NCBI GenBank assembly: GCA_013265495.1 | Contig: MU058540.1 | Span: forward strand, 1,823,696 to 1,887,695 | DNA from: Vicugna vicugna | Lineage: Eukaryota | DNA: 64,000 nucleotides | Direction: 5' to 3' | In this document: positions 36,443 through 48,811 of the stretch, in pieces | How the letters are laid out: the number at the start of each line of letters is the position of its first letter | Numbering within the stretch: the stretch's first letter is position 1 | Made by a program: the position numbers and the translations under genes | Notes under the pieces: generated by a model | Told to the model about the DNA's origin: nothing | Database searches by the model: none | Seen by the model: only the letters and a program-made list of their open reading frames with translations

Positions 36443-38739
36443 TGACTAGAAAGGTGAATGAGACCTGTTTAGAGACATTCATGGAAGCTAAGTAGAGTTT
36501 AGACTTGAGGCAACCAACACCTAAACCTCAGTTTCCTCATCTGTAAATGGGGTCCATTCCAAGATTTTGAATGTTCTGTAATGGGACACAGGAGGCATTG
36601 CTGGTTGTGGTGTGAAATAGTGAAAGGAAAGGCCACCCTGAATCTACATTGGGACTGGCAGGAGATGCTTTCAGTCCTGAAGGACATTATTAGCGGGCAG
36701 GAGAAGATAGTTTGCAGTCTTTTACTTCCAGGGTTAGAAAATAACTCCTTTGTCCTTTCCAACATTCTGGACAAAGAAGAGTGTATCCAATCTCTGATGC
36801 CCTGAGAGATACCCATAAACCTGAGGGCCATGTGGAAAGTGCAGCCACTGTAGCCCCAGGTCACCCCTCTGAGGGTTGGGGAGGTGGGGCTACTGGCTAT
36901 AGTGCAAGAGGCTTTTGCAAACTGCTGCCAGAGTATGCAAGGTGCCTCTTCCTCAAGCCCAGTGTCCTTTGGCCCACGTAGGCCAAAGAGGTGCCAGCTG
37001 AAAGTTGCCTCTCTGGCCCCTGCTGTAGGTGAGATGGGGAGGGAGGGGCATGCTGAGAAGGCTGATTTCAGGAGGCTAAGGAGGACTCTACCTGCTGGCT
37101 GGAGCTTGAAATGGCTATCGGGGAGATAGAATCTAATTCAAAGCAGGTCTAGCCTTACTCCACACTGTCAGTATTGTTCAGTTACACTGTAATTGGGCAT
37201 CAGAGCAGGTTTTGGTAGTTGAGATCTCTGGCTAGTCTGAAAAGCATTGTAGAGGCTTGGCAGAGAACAAATTTCCTCACTTTGAGCTGCGCCTGTGGGC
37301 AAATCTAGTCAAAATGAAGATTTGGGGAGGCTGTATTAGTCTGAGTTTTTGAGTCACATTAACAGAAATTAACTGATTTAAGTAAAAAAAAGGAATATAT
37401 ATCCCTTTTAATGTAAAAATGAAATATATGTGTATACATATCCTTTTTAACATAAAAATGAAATGAGGCAAAAAATATCATGTCTCAAGAGTGCTCCCAG
37501 AATTTCTTTTAGGGAAGAAACAGCCTTTATCAGGGGAAATTAGCCTCTCAGGGGGAGAAAGTGAAATCTTCAGGGCATGAGTGTTAGCAGGAACCCAGCA
37601 ATGCAGAGATATGGTTAAGATGTCTCTGCCTGGAAAGCCATAAGAATTTGTTTGTTCTCTGGAGATGCTGAAATAGAGGAAAGAAAAGGTGGGCAGGGAG
37701 GAGAGGTAGTAATTTGGGAAAAGACCAGGCCTTAAGGGGTGAAGACTCAGTGAGAAAACCTCAAGGTTGGGGTGGGGGGGCAGGCATGGAAAGAACTTTA
37801 AAAGAATGTCTGATTTGTGAATTTAAACTATTTGCAATGCATGATGTGACACTGCCCCAGGGCCCAGAGCATCATAACATCTATATCCATGAATGTCTTG
37901 TGTGGGAAGAGGTACGGGCAGTCCTCCGGAAGGGCTGTTTCATCTCTGCATTTCTGAACTGTGTGACTCCAACAGCATGGCAGAGGCTGGAGCTCTTGAG
38001 GCAGAGAGATTCGGAACATAAATCCCTCAGGAATTTGCAGAAATCTTAGGGAAGGCTTTGATTTCTACAATCCATTCTTACTTCAATCTCAGTAGTTCTA
38101 CTATCCAGATATCTAAGAATGTAGCCTGAGAGGGGGAGGGTAATCTCTATTTTAAAGATGGTGGAGAGGAGGGAGTTACCCATTGATCATATACCTTTGA
38201 GTCAAGTTTTGTTCATTGCCAGATGACAAACACAACTTTTTCCACCAGACTGCCTCCCAGTTGCCAGGGACTTTTTTTTATGGTATATCTTAAGGGACAG
38301 GTTGGGATAACAGTTCACTTCCAAATCCCAGAGACCTGGGTTAAGAAGAGAGAACAGAATTTTCTACAGGAGTAGGGAGGATGCCCCCCATTTGGGTAGG
38401 CAAGCGTATCAGATAAGTAGGAAGATAGGTTAAAAGTTCAGAATCATAACTTTCTAGTTGCAGAAGCCTCTCAAGGGAGCAAAGCCCTTTTGTGAAAATT
38501 CTAGGCAGTACCGTCTCCTCTAGTGGAATCTGGATACCCGGGTTCTAGCGTCAGCATTGCTTTTCCCTGCAAGTCACGCACCTTCTCTGGGACTGTTTCT
38601 TCACTGGAAGGATGAGGACGCAGTACTAGATGAACTCTAAATGATCTCTAAGTTGCCTTCCTGCTTTAAATTCCTTTTTATGATACTTGCCAGACTTGTT
38701 TCACTGGCTCTGGAGGGAACTTCCTCCCCTGCCCTTCCC

Positions 38740-39370
38740 TCTGGTGCGGCGCCCGCAACCCGCACCCTGCACCAGAGGGCGCTGCAGGCGGGTCCAGGGC
38801 AACATGCGGTGGGCGGAGTGGCAGAGTCAGGGGAGTCTCCAGCAGGCGCGGTGATTGGCCGCGGCTGGGGCGGAAAGGGGCGTGGAGAGAGGGTAGGGGA
38901 TGAGCTGCGCGGTGACGTCACCTGGTGGGGGCGGGGCCAGGCCGCGCAGCGTGTGACGCCGCGGCCGCAGCAGAGCTGGGGATTAATGGGAAAAGTTTTG
39001 GCAGGAGCCGGAGGATTCTGCGGACCCTGCGGAACGGCAGCGGTGGCGTGGAGGGTAGCCAGGACAGGTTAGTTCGAGTCCGGGGAAGCGGGTCGGCAAG
39101 CAGCGGAGGGAAGCGGCGGGCCCGGGCTGAGGCGGGCGCAAGGCCCGGCGGGGAGTCTGGTGGGGAGACGGCAGGGGTCCGCGGACCAAGCCTCTGCAGC
39201 TTCCTGTAGCTCCGGCCTGGGCCGGTCCGCGGTCAGCCGTTGCTCTTTTGGCGCTCTATTCCGCTGCCCCTGCGCCCCGAGCCTTTGGACGCCCATCGCT
39301 GTTTGAGCCCGAACCGCGGGCCCCCTCCAACCCTCCTCCCGCAGCTTGTGTCCCCTCTTGGGCCTCGTGG
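38740..39370 (+). promoter_or_regulatory. PPARD: PPARD CpG-island promoter: GC boxes (38811, 38929), inverted CCAAT (38854-38858), full CRE TGACGTCA (38913-38920)
   Basis: Dense CpG, motifs read directly, no TATA box seen; position downstream of DEF6 fits the known gene order. Confidence 0.85.
38951..39067 (+). other. PPARD: PPARD 5'UTR exon 1 (start approximate)
   Basis: GGGGATTAATGGGAAAAGTTTTGGCAGGAG resembles the human PPARD leader as I recall it; donor CAG|gttagt. Confidence 0.8.
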
Positions 39371-42300
39371 CTCCATCTCCTCCCACTTCTGTGTTCAGAA
39401 AGCTCGATGTCAGGCTCAGGGTCCTCTGCCATTCCTGACCCTTGCCTCCGATTTCTTCCTTCATCCCTTCTCTGGTGTCCCCAAATCCACTGCCCTCTCT
39501 CCTTGGAGATCTTCTCTGTTCCCCTCTTATCCTTGTCGCCTGCCTTCGTCCTCCCATCCTTGCCCTCTCAGTCATTGCTCTCTCTTTCCATCCCTGTCCT
39601 CTCCTTCCCTCGTTGCCTAATCCCTCTTAGTATTACTGCTCCCCATCATCTTTCTCGCGGTGTTTGACTTTTTCAGCCCGTACCTACAGTCCCTGTCTAC
39701 CTAAGCCTCTCCTACCCTGATTTCCCCCAAAGGCCCTGTTTTTGCCCCACTCTCTGACTTCCTTCCAGTGAGCTCTGTCCCCTGCATTCCTGTCACCCAC
39801 CTCCCATTACCTCCCAGTTCCTTGCCTCTGCTTCTGGGAGAAGTATTAGCTCTAAGCACTATTTTGCTTTCCTTTGACCTGCAGTTGAAATGCCCGTGGG
39901 GAGAGGTGGGGGCTGAATGTCTGAGGTAAATAGCCGATGTGTCTGGGTTGGAGAATTTACTGGAGCGTTGCATCAGAGATAATGTCCAATTTGTAGACCA
40001 TTCCTCTAATCTCAGCTTTAGTACTTCCCCTTTATGCATCTGTTGACTTCCAGGAACCCTTGAGGAGAGACTGGCCGCTGAGTTGGGTGTGCGCCAGTGG
40101 TAGCTGGAGGCCTCATCCAACTTCTTTCCCCTTCCAGGAAACAGGGCTTTGTGGCTTTACACTTTGGATATATTGGACGCATTTAAACCATGATACCCCA
40201 GCCTATCTCTGCCCTCACTCCCTCTCTCCACCTTGTGCCCCATCCCAAAGAGCTAAGAGAAGTCTCCAGAAGCTATGCTTCAGAGAATGTCTGTGGTCCT
40301 CAGCCTTTCTCCTGTGTACTAGCTCCAGAACATTTTTTTCCTGTTTGAGCTTTGAAATAGATTGCCAGCCTTATAGCCCTGGGGCTGGCAGGTATCTGTC
40401 CCTTTTATTATTGGTGGCTTGAACCAGCTGCATCTCTGACCCACTGAATGCGCCAGGCCTTCTGATGTTGATCACTGAGCAGGCTCTCTTAAAGATTCTT
40501 TTCCCTCCGTTTTCCTTGGGAGCTTAATTTCCTGTGGATCCAGGAGGGAAGCTGACACTGAAGTTCTGTTCCCTTTGCTCAGGGGTGTGCAACGGGTATG
40601 AGATCAGTATCTGCCTAGGTAGGTTGTGGCACTGCATTGGTTAAACAGTGTCCGGAACTTGAATTGCTTCCAGTCACTGAGATCAACCTCTCTCGAGCTA
40701 GAAAGCCCACCATCTTCATGGTGTGTCTGGATGTTTAACCTTCTTGCCAGGCAGAAAGTTCTTTACAAATGCCTTCAATTTGAGCTCTTTTATATGGCAT
40801 TGGTCTCCTAGAGAGATCTTCAGGAAATAACATATCCTCTGTTTCTACCCAGTCTGATCTTGGAGGATTCTGAATGCATGACCCACTCTCACATTCAGGA
40901 ATGAAGGCCTGTTGTTTCACCTGGCCCTAGATTTCTAGGTCTCCTCTTTTGAGGACTGTGCTCTCTGTCTTTGAGCCAGAATTGGACACAGAATTGGCAA
41001 CCCTCAGGAGCTGTGGTGGAGAGCCAACTGAACTGCCAGACCAGACTTTAAAGTTTTAGAATCCTCTTGTGTGCTGACCTTTTTCTGTGAAAGGAATAGA
41101 ATCGTGAATGGCTGAGCCAGTCCCCTCTCCACTGACCCTTTGAGCCCCCTCCTAAGCAGCACTAGGTGGGGATTTGGGTAGAATGGACCAAAAGGGGTCC
41201 TTTGTTCACTTTAAAAACATCCCTCCTGGCTTCAGTGGGTCATTCTGATGAAGCTGAGGTTGTGTATTTGGTGATAGTTTAACCTAGTCTCCGGCTCCCC
41301 AGGACTTTACCTGGCTCTTTTGAGCAGTTGGCTCCTCCTCTGTCCGCTTACCCGTTGAAAGTACTCTCCACCGAGGCTGCAGGTGAGAAGGGCTTGGGAG
41401 GAGGTCAGGCCCAGTCCTTGTGGGGCAGGTTGGATACCAGCAGCCCTGGCTGGACTGCTTCTTGCAGTTTGTCCATATTGTTTTCTGCATGGGTAGTCGT
41501 GATTATCAGTTACCAGCGTCCATTCAGGGATTTTTGCAGAGCTTGAATCAGCCTGCCTGTCTTTTTTGAAGGTGTGGACAGACAGGCACCTGACATCCTG
41601 TAGATGGTGTAGCCCATCAACGCTGTAGTTTAATGAACCGCTCTTTTGTTTGGCTGCCTTTCCCCTGGCCTCTCCACCACTGCTTTTCTCCTTCTTTGGT
41701 GTGTGCCTCAACCCACACAAGAAGAATTGCCCCTCCTCAGCCTTCCAGCCCTACTTGTGGTCCCTCAGACGCCTTCCCACAGGACCAGGTGAGAGGACAA
41801 CCAGTGTTGGGCCCTGGCCTGGAAAGCTGGTAGGCCTCTGCTTTGGATAGAATGTGGCTGTCCTGGCGGTTGTGCAAGCTGTCCTCAGGCCTGCAGATCC
41901 AGGCATGTCCTAGGGTGGTGCAGCTCCTCTCAGGAGGGGTTGGACCTGTCGCTTCTAAAGGCTTCAGCTGTCTTGTCACCGAGGCCCACCTCCTTGGGTG
42001 TTACCTGTGAGCTGGGAGGCTAAACTACAGGATCCAGAGGGAAGAGTAGTCGCGGCAGCTGAGTTCTGTGGTGTTGGGAGAGCTGGGCACTTGCTTGGTC
42101 CTGACAGGGAGGAGATGGCCCTTTGCATCAGGTTTCAGATATGTGAGTCTTCTTCCTTGGCATATGGTTCTTGGCCTTTACAGCTCAGAGGCTGCTGATT
42201 AGGGTGTGACTTGTTATGTCTCCACCTGGATTTGGTCAAGGAGTCAAGCGTGACTCAGGGCGTCTCCATCTATGAGCTGCCATAGGGGGCATTGGGCTCC

Positions 42301-42579
42301 AGCTTCTTCACCTTACCTTCTGCCCCACCCTGGTGGAGTCAGCAAAGCCAGTGTCTGTTTACTTGGAAATGAGCAGACTACTTCCAGGATTGGGAAATAT
42401 TTGCTGACTCAGGCTTAGAATCACAGCATCTCGGGGTGTGTGTGTGAGGGACAGAGAAGGAGCCAGCTCGTGGGAGGCGCACTCTATGAGCCCTAATGTT
42501 TAATTATAACTTATCAGAGCTGCTTTTTTGGCCCCTGGTGCCTCTTAGCTAAGATGTTGGGTATCTTTCTATCCTGCAG

Positions 42580-42663
42580 CATCAAGTGGTGTTTTGGGTA
42601 TGCATGCGGTACTCACGCAGTGGCTTCTGTTCACCGACAGATGAGGACAGATGCACCAAAGAG
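42580..42663 (+). other. PPARD: PPARD 5'UTR exon 2 (84 nt); main coding exons lie beyond the window
   Basis: atcctgcag|C...GAG|gtaatc; CAGTGGCTTCTG..CAGATG..CAGATGCACCAA resembles the recalled human exon 2. Confidence 0.8.
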
Positions 42664-42989
42664 GTAATCCCATTTTCCTTACCCGGCGTCCCTGACAACT
42701 GATGGACACGGCCCAGATTAAGGATCTTGGCCTAACAGATGAAATAATTCCTCTAGGGCCGAGTCCCAGATCCCAGGTGCCTGTCATAGCATCTGGTACT
42801 CATCACTTACACATAGTGGGGACTTATTAAATGATTTTTGAATGTCTGTGGCTTACGTACTTTTCAGGGGGAGCATTGAGATTTTTGCTGTGAAAGTAAA
42901 TTTAGTGTGAAACCCACTAAAACATAAACTCCACAAGGGCAAGGAGTTATTTTCTTTCATATTGTGTGTAGGACAGTACCTAGCACTAG

Positions 42990-43034
42990 GTACTGCTAAA
43001 TAAAGTACTACTAAATAAGGTACTGCTAAATAAA
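42990..43034. repeat. 15-bp tandem repeat x3 (GTACTRCTAAATAAR) in an L2 tail
   Basis: Units at 42990, 43005 and 43020. Confidence 0.9.
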
Positions 43035-44351
43035 GTAGAAGAAATGCTAAACAAATATTTGCTGAATGAATAAATGTACAGTTTCTTCTCTGCCCATGTG
43101 GATGTCAGGCCACAAAGATGCTATCCATCGTTCTCTTTCATTTATGCAACAAACACTTTAAAGAGTGCTGTGTGCCAGACACATTACTAGGCACTTGGGA
43201 AATGATGATGGTAAAAAACAGATTCTGTCCCTGTCTCATGGTCTGTAGTGGCATATATGAGAGAGTGGTGGGCATAATACACAAATTTTTTTCTTCCATT
43301 TCTGCTGGGATAGGGGGTCCTCACAGTCTGAACAATGCTTTGGCTTCCTATTGCTGTTTCCCTGTTTGTTCTCAGGATGCCCAATGGGTTTTATAAACTC
43401 TCATAAGGGAAGCTCGGGGGAATTCGATGTTCATTGTCCCAGCTGTCTAGGAGGCCAGGCTGCGGGGGAGTCCCTGCTGGGGGCCAGGGGAGACATGGGG
43501 CTTCTGTCTGATTTGTTTTAATCTCTGATGTTCAGTGGCTCCATTAGCTGTGTATGGGCTTCACTTCCCTTTCTCTGCCTTTAACACCCCGTGGGTCTTC
43601 CTGTTGCCAAACAGGGTGCTGAGCCCGTGTGTCTGTCAGTCTGTGGGGGTTGGGTTGTTTGTGGATCTTGCAGGAAGGCCCCAAGCAGGGGCCCCTCCTG
43701 TTCTCCAACCCACACCAAGTCCTTTCCTCTGAAGGAAATGTGAAGGAGGAAGAAGGAGGATTTGGGAGGCTTCTGATGTTCTCTGAGGAGAGACAAGATA
43801 GAAGCTCCCCCTAAGCACGGGGAACTGCTGAGTGGACTTGATTTGCTTTGTCACGTGTTGCAGCAGCAGCTAGCCACAGTGGCAGCTGCTGTCCATGTCC
43901 AGGGGTCAGCTGTCCAGTTCACCCCTTAGCTTTGAGCTCCTAGTCCCAGCTAGAAGTTTTCTCGCTTAGTTTCCACTGGCAAAGGTGAGGCTCTAGCTTT
44001 AGCAGATTTTTCAGTGTTAATCTCAAAACCCCGTGTGGTATTATCTTAGTCTCTCCCATCTGAGGCACTCTTGTGGGCCAGGTGCTGTGACAGATAGTTT
44101 CAGACGTGGTCCTTGGCTTTCCCCATGCCCCAAGTGAGTGGAACCTAGTTGGTGAGAAAAGACACATGCACAGAAAGATTTTTTAGATGTTAGAAAGCCA
44201 GTGGGCACTAAAAACATGGTGCTGTACAAGAATGTTGATTTAGAGGAGCAAGTCATCACTGAGGATTGGCCTTGTCCCTGAAGAAACTGGTGTGTCAGAT
44301 TGGGCCTTGAAAGAAAGCTGGTTTATTTTGAAGTCAGCTTTAGATTATTGT

Positions 44352-45372
44352 AAAGTGATCCTCAAACTTTTTGGCTTCAAGACCCCTTTACACTCTTAAA
44401 ATGTGTTAAGGCCTCAAGAACTTTCATTGACCTTATTAGAAATTAAACCTGAGGCAGTTTGAAAAATTACTAATTTATGAATTCATTTAATATAGTAATA
44501 ATAAGTCCATTACATTTATCACAAATGACATTTTTAATGAAAAATAGCTATTTTCCAAAACAAGTTGAGATGAGTGACATTGTTTTACATTTTTGCTAAT
44601 GTCTGTTTTAATAGGAGAGAGCTGGATTCTCATAACTGTTTCTATGTTCAGTCTCTTGTAGTACGTTGTTTTATTTGAAAGCAATGAAGAAAATGGCCTC
44701 ATGCAGATACATAATTGAGAAGGAAAGGGGTATTTTAATAGCTTTTGCAGATAATTGTGAATATTCTTCTTTGATAGTATATCAAACTGGACAAGTGGTA
44801 GTTTCTTAAAGGTTAGTTGGAATGTGGAGTCAACAAACTTTTCATATTTTGTGACATTAAAATCCATTGGCCCATGTTGGTTCACTGAGTAATACAGATC
44901 TTCTAAACATAGACGTATTTCGTTTTACAATATCGGTAAATCATATTAAGACTGCTGATTTCACCAGAAAAGCCCTGAAGCATTGGGAAGCTGCGAAGCT
45001 CAGTAGTGGATACAAGTTTTCCATCATTTGAGTTTTCTCTCGAAAGCTTGATTCTTATCATTGGTGACATACTGTCAAGTTTTTTCTTCAAGTGACAGTT
45101 TCCATTCATTTTCAAGAAAAGTTCTGTCAAATACCCAAGTCTAAATAATTATAATTTATTTGTTATTTTCTTTCAAGTGAAACTGGTTTCATGAAAAAAA
45201 ATGGCTAATTTAGCTTGCAACTCAAACAGTTGCACAATTGCTTTTTCTTGAAACAGTCATGTTAACTCTTGTTTCATTACAGAGAGTATTTAAAAGACTA
45301 CTTAAGGGCCAGGATTTAGTAAAGTTAGTTTTTATTGGCTCATCTAGGACATTCTTAAGTGAAATTGGCACT
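44352..45372 (-). mobile_element. Charlie1-like hAT transposon relic
   Basis: 'caaactttttggcttcaagacccctttacactcttaaaa' end; ORF 44487..44885 has KTTYYKRLNIETVMRIQLSPIK (degenerate transposase C-terminus). Confidence 0.8.
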
Positions 45373-45387
45373 TTATCTTTCTTGTTT

Positions 45388-45812
45388 CTAGGGGATTGAC
45401 TGGGCTCAGCTGGGCAGTTCTCAGTTGGGGTCTCTCATGTTGCCATAGTCAAGTGTGGGCCAGGGCAGGAGCCACCTGAAGGCCTGGCTGGGCTGGATGT
45501 CCCGACTGGCTCATTCACATGGCTGGCACTTGATGCTGGCTGTTGACTACTTGTGGTGTCTCCATGTGCCTTGCTTTCACAGCATGCAGCTATTCTGAGC
45601 AGAACTTTCCCAAGAGTGAGTATAGTGAGAGATCCAGGTATAAATAGCAAGATTTCTTATGACCTAGCCTTGGAAGTCACACAGTGTCACTTTCTCTGTA
45701 AAATACTTGGTCATAGGAACCAGTTCAGATTCAGGGAGAAGACCACACAAAGGTATGAATACCAAAAGGCAATGGTTCATAGGGAGGGAGAGAGGCCTTC
45801 TTGGAGACCAGC
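45388..45812. mobile_element. ERVL-MaLR (MLT1-like) LTR
   Basis: 'ctgggctcagctgggcagttct...tatgacctagccttggaagtcacacagtgtcactt'. Confidence 0.7.
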
Positions 45813-47399
45813 ATCTTTTTAGCATCCTTTATGTGAGGTAACCTGGCCTGTATATGAATACTTACAGCAGAAAAGCACATTTTCTCACGATTTCCATTCC
45901 TGGAAACCACTGTTAGGACATTCCTGGTAGGTTGATAGAGGCATTGAATGCCAGGTGAGGGAATTTGCACTCTGTTCTTTGGGCAGTGGGTAGCCATTGA
46001 TGGTTTTAGAGCAAGGAGTGATTATGTTAATATTGCAAAAAGATGGATTAAGTGAAGAAAGAATGGAGGTAGAGAGGTTAGGTAGGAGATTATTATGTTA
46101 GTCTAAATGTAAGGAAATTCTTCCTTATATTAAATCTGAGTTCTTCTGGTTACTGTTAAAATTACTGATTTTGAGCTGTCAGCGACACAGATTAAGTACC
46201 CAGAACATGAGTGGACACATCGGGTACTTAATTAGTGACACACTCACACACACACGTTATTGAGTGATGCTGATAAACTGGAGACATTAAAGGGCTTGTG
46301 AAAGTTAGAGGGCAGCTAAATTTAGGTTTTGTTGTTAGGGTACATTAAAAAGTTAATCATAATTTATCAGATAAAAAGCAGAAAAGATAAAGCTTCATGT
46401 AACACCACTGACAATGTTTCAAACACACTTCAGTTTCAGGCTCATAGACCATGAGGAAGCAAGGGGAAGAGTGAGAAGAAGAAAGAGGGGTCAGATGAGA
46501 TGACGGTAGCAAGAAGGACAAAGAGGGACAAACAGCAAAAAGAGTTTGAAGGATGTTGGGGCCAGAGGAGCTGCTTGAGGCTGAGAGAATGCTTTGCATG
46601 GATTCCCAGTGTTTGCAGGGAGCTGACTCCTTCTGTGGTTCCTGGGCTCTTTCTAGCTCTTTCTGGGAAGATGCGGGAAGAGCAGGAGGGCAGACCTGGG
46701 TGTGACTTTGCTCTTTGTGAATGGGGCCATGGCTTCCTGACCAGGGAACCTCAGTCCGTGCTGGTTCCACTGAGCTGGGTTGTGAGGTGGTGAGCTCAGG
46801 AGGAAAGGCCTCTCTGAACCAGTTCCCTCCCTGATTGGCAGGCTGTGGCCCCGGGACCTTCTGTAAAACAGTTCTGTAGTTCCGGGCAGTGCATTGCCCT
46901 TCTTTCTGTTTCAAGTCCCGCCTTCAAAAACTAATTTCTCCCTGGCCTTGTCGTCATCTCAGCAGCTCTCCTGAGACAGCAGGAACACAGCTTTGCAAGA
47001 GTTCTCCCACCAGGAGGATACTGAAGGGAGAGGCTCCCAGATGTGATGGGAAAACTTCCTCTTGTTTAGGTTTATTTCTATATTCTTAACGCTAATTGGT
47101 ATCTAAAAACAGATTTTCATCTCTTTCATTTGTAATCTGCTTTAACTCCTTGATCCTTAGCAGTGCTTTTGGCACGTCCTTCATCCAAGAATTGACCTCA
47201 GAGGCATGGAGTCTCTTGGCTACTGCTCGGATGGAAGTAGAAGCCAACTTTGCTCTCTCAGCGGTGGCAGGAGCCAGATCCCAGTGCTCACTTAATCATC
47301 CTTTTTCCCAAATGAGCAAGCAAGGTGTGCTTTTCCTCAGTTTCCTTTAGTTGCCTAAAGCATTTCCTTGTGTGTGACGCTCACTTTACTTTCTTTACC

Positions 47400-47550
47400 T
47401 CCAGTTCTGCGTATTGTAGGATGTTGAGCATCAGCCCTGGCTGCTACCCACTAGAGGCCAGTAGCACCCCCCCCCCCGTGAAAACCTAGAATGTTTCCAG
47501 ACACTGTCACATGTTCCAGCGGCAGAATCACCCATGGTTGAGAACCACTG
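47400..47550. mobile_element. MER20 (hAT MITE), partial
   Basis: 'ttgtaggatgttgagc...ctacccactaga...ggttgagaaccactg'. Confidence 0.75.
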
Positions 47551-48327
47551 CTCTGTCATTTCCCTGCTAAATATTTCTGGCCGGTTGGGGCCATTGGTGA
47601 ACATCACATCAATAAAACCAGTAAGATAAGCATATATTTCTTACAGTGGAAATTTACTCTCCTTAGACACCTCACTGGGCCTTTGAAAGTTTTGAGCAGG
47701 AATGAAATATTTCACAAAAAGCAGCATGTTTCAACCAGGGAACCATATGATGTCTGCACAACAGAGAGAGACAATGTCCTAAGTGTAAAGCCATCTCCTA
47801 GAGTGATTGTATTTCTCATGCTTTGCTTCTCTAAGTCTTTTGGTGTCTGGGCAGAAGCCACTTTCCTGTAGTTCCCAGAGATGCCATGTAGAGCAGAGTT
47901 GTTGGCACACAGCATGTGGACCATCATTAACTGTGCCATTCCTGGGGTCAGACCAGCTGATCTGGCACTTGGGTCACAGCAGACCTCCTCTCCAGACCCC
48001 ACTGGAGACTCAGAACCGTCCACCCTAGGCAGGTCTCATGGGAGAAGACTTACCTGCCATCCGTGATCCTGAGCTTGTTCGCCTGGCCCAGACTGTTTCT
48101 TTGTAGCTTCCTCTCCTGTAAAAGCCTTCAGGACAGTCCAGAGGTCCCTCCAAGGGCCAGAATGCTCAGTTGCATGAAAATAATTCCCCACCCCCTAGTT
48201 AATAACAAACAATTACAACAAAAGAAGGACCCTGGCCCAGGACATCACCAGGACTCCCGATCTGACTCTTCTTCCATGTGGACCAGAGATCTGAACTGTT
48301 TCTTCTGAACTCGTGGAGCCTGTCTTC

Positions 48328-48811
48328 TGTAGTGGTGGACTGGGTAATGGCCCTCAAAGATGTCCAGGCTGTAACCCCAGGGTCCTGTGGATGCTGCCTT
48401 ATGTGGCAAAATGGACTTCACAGATGTGATTAAGTTAAGGATTTTGAGATTATCCTAGTTGGCCCTTAATGCAATCACAAGTGTCCTTTGAAGAGGGAGG
48501 CAAAGGGAGGTTTGATACAGAAGAAGGCAGTGTAGCTCCTGCAGCAGGATGCTACCCTGCTGGCTCTAAAGGTGGAGGAAGAGGCCAAGGAATGCCAGGA
48601 ATGCAGCTCTATAAGCTGGAAAAGGCAAGGAAACAAATGCTCCCCCAGAGAGCTCCCTCTGGAAGAAGTGCAGCCCTGCCAACACCTCGATTTTGGTCCA
48701 GTGAAACTAATTTTGGATCCTTGACCTTCAGAATTCTAAGAGAATTAATGTTTTGTTTTAAGCCACTCTGTTTGTGGTGATTTATTCCAGTGGCAACAGG
48801 AAACTACTACA
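48328..48811 (+). mobile_element. MLT1D-like MaLR solo LTR
   Basis: TG...CA ends; 'gatgtgattaagttaaggattttgagat', 'ttttaagccactctgtttgtggtgattt...ggaaactactaca'. Confidence 0.8.

Noticed and set aside
38641..39667. ORFs of 94-168 aa around the PPARD promoter
   Set aside because: Expected in a CpG island and pyrimidine-rich intron start; only the ATG at 38986 within exon 1 is kept, as a uORF
39868..39880. Possible autoregulatory PPRE (AGGTCA-A-AGGAAA on the - strand)
   Set aside because: Second half-site matches only 4/6 and the 5' AACT extension is not adjacent; chance-level match
44487..44885. 132-aa minus-strand ORF with transposase similarity (domesticated gene?)
   Set aside because: Similarity shifts between frames and only a C-terminal remnant exists; a decayed Charlie1-like element
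46357..46914. 185-aa minus-strand ORF (similarly 56858..57415)
   Set aside because: No recognisable domain, splice structure or compositional support; intronic background
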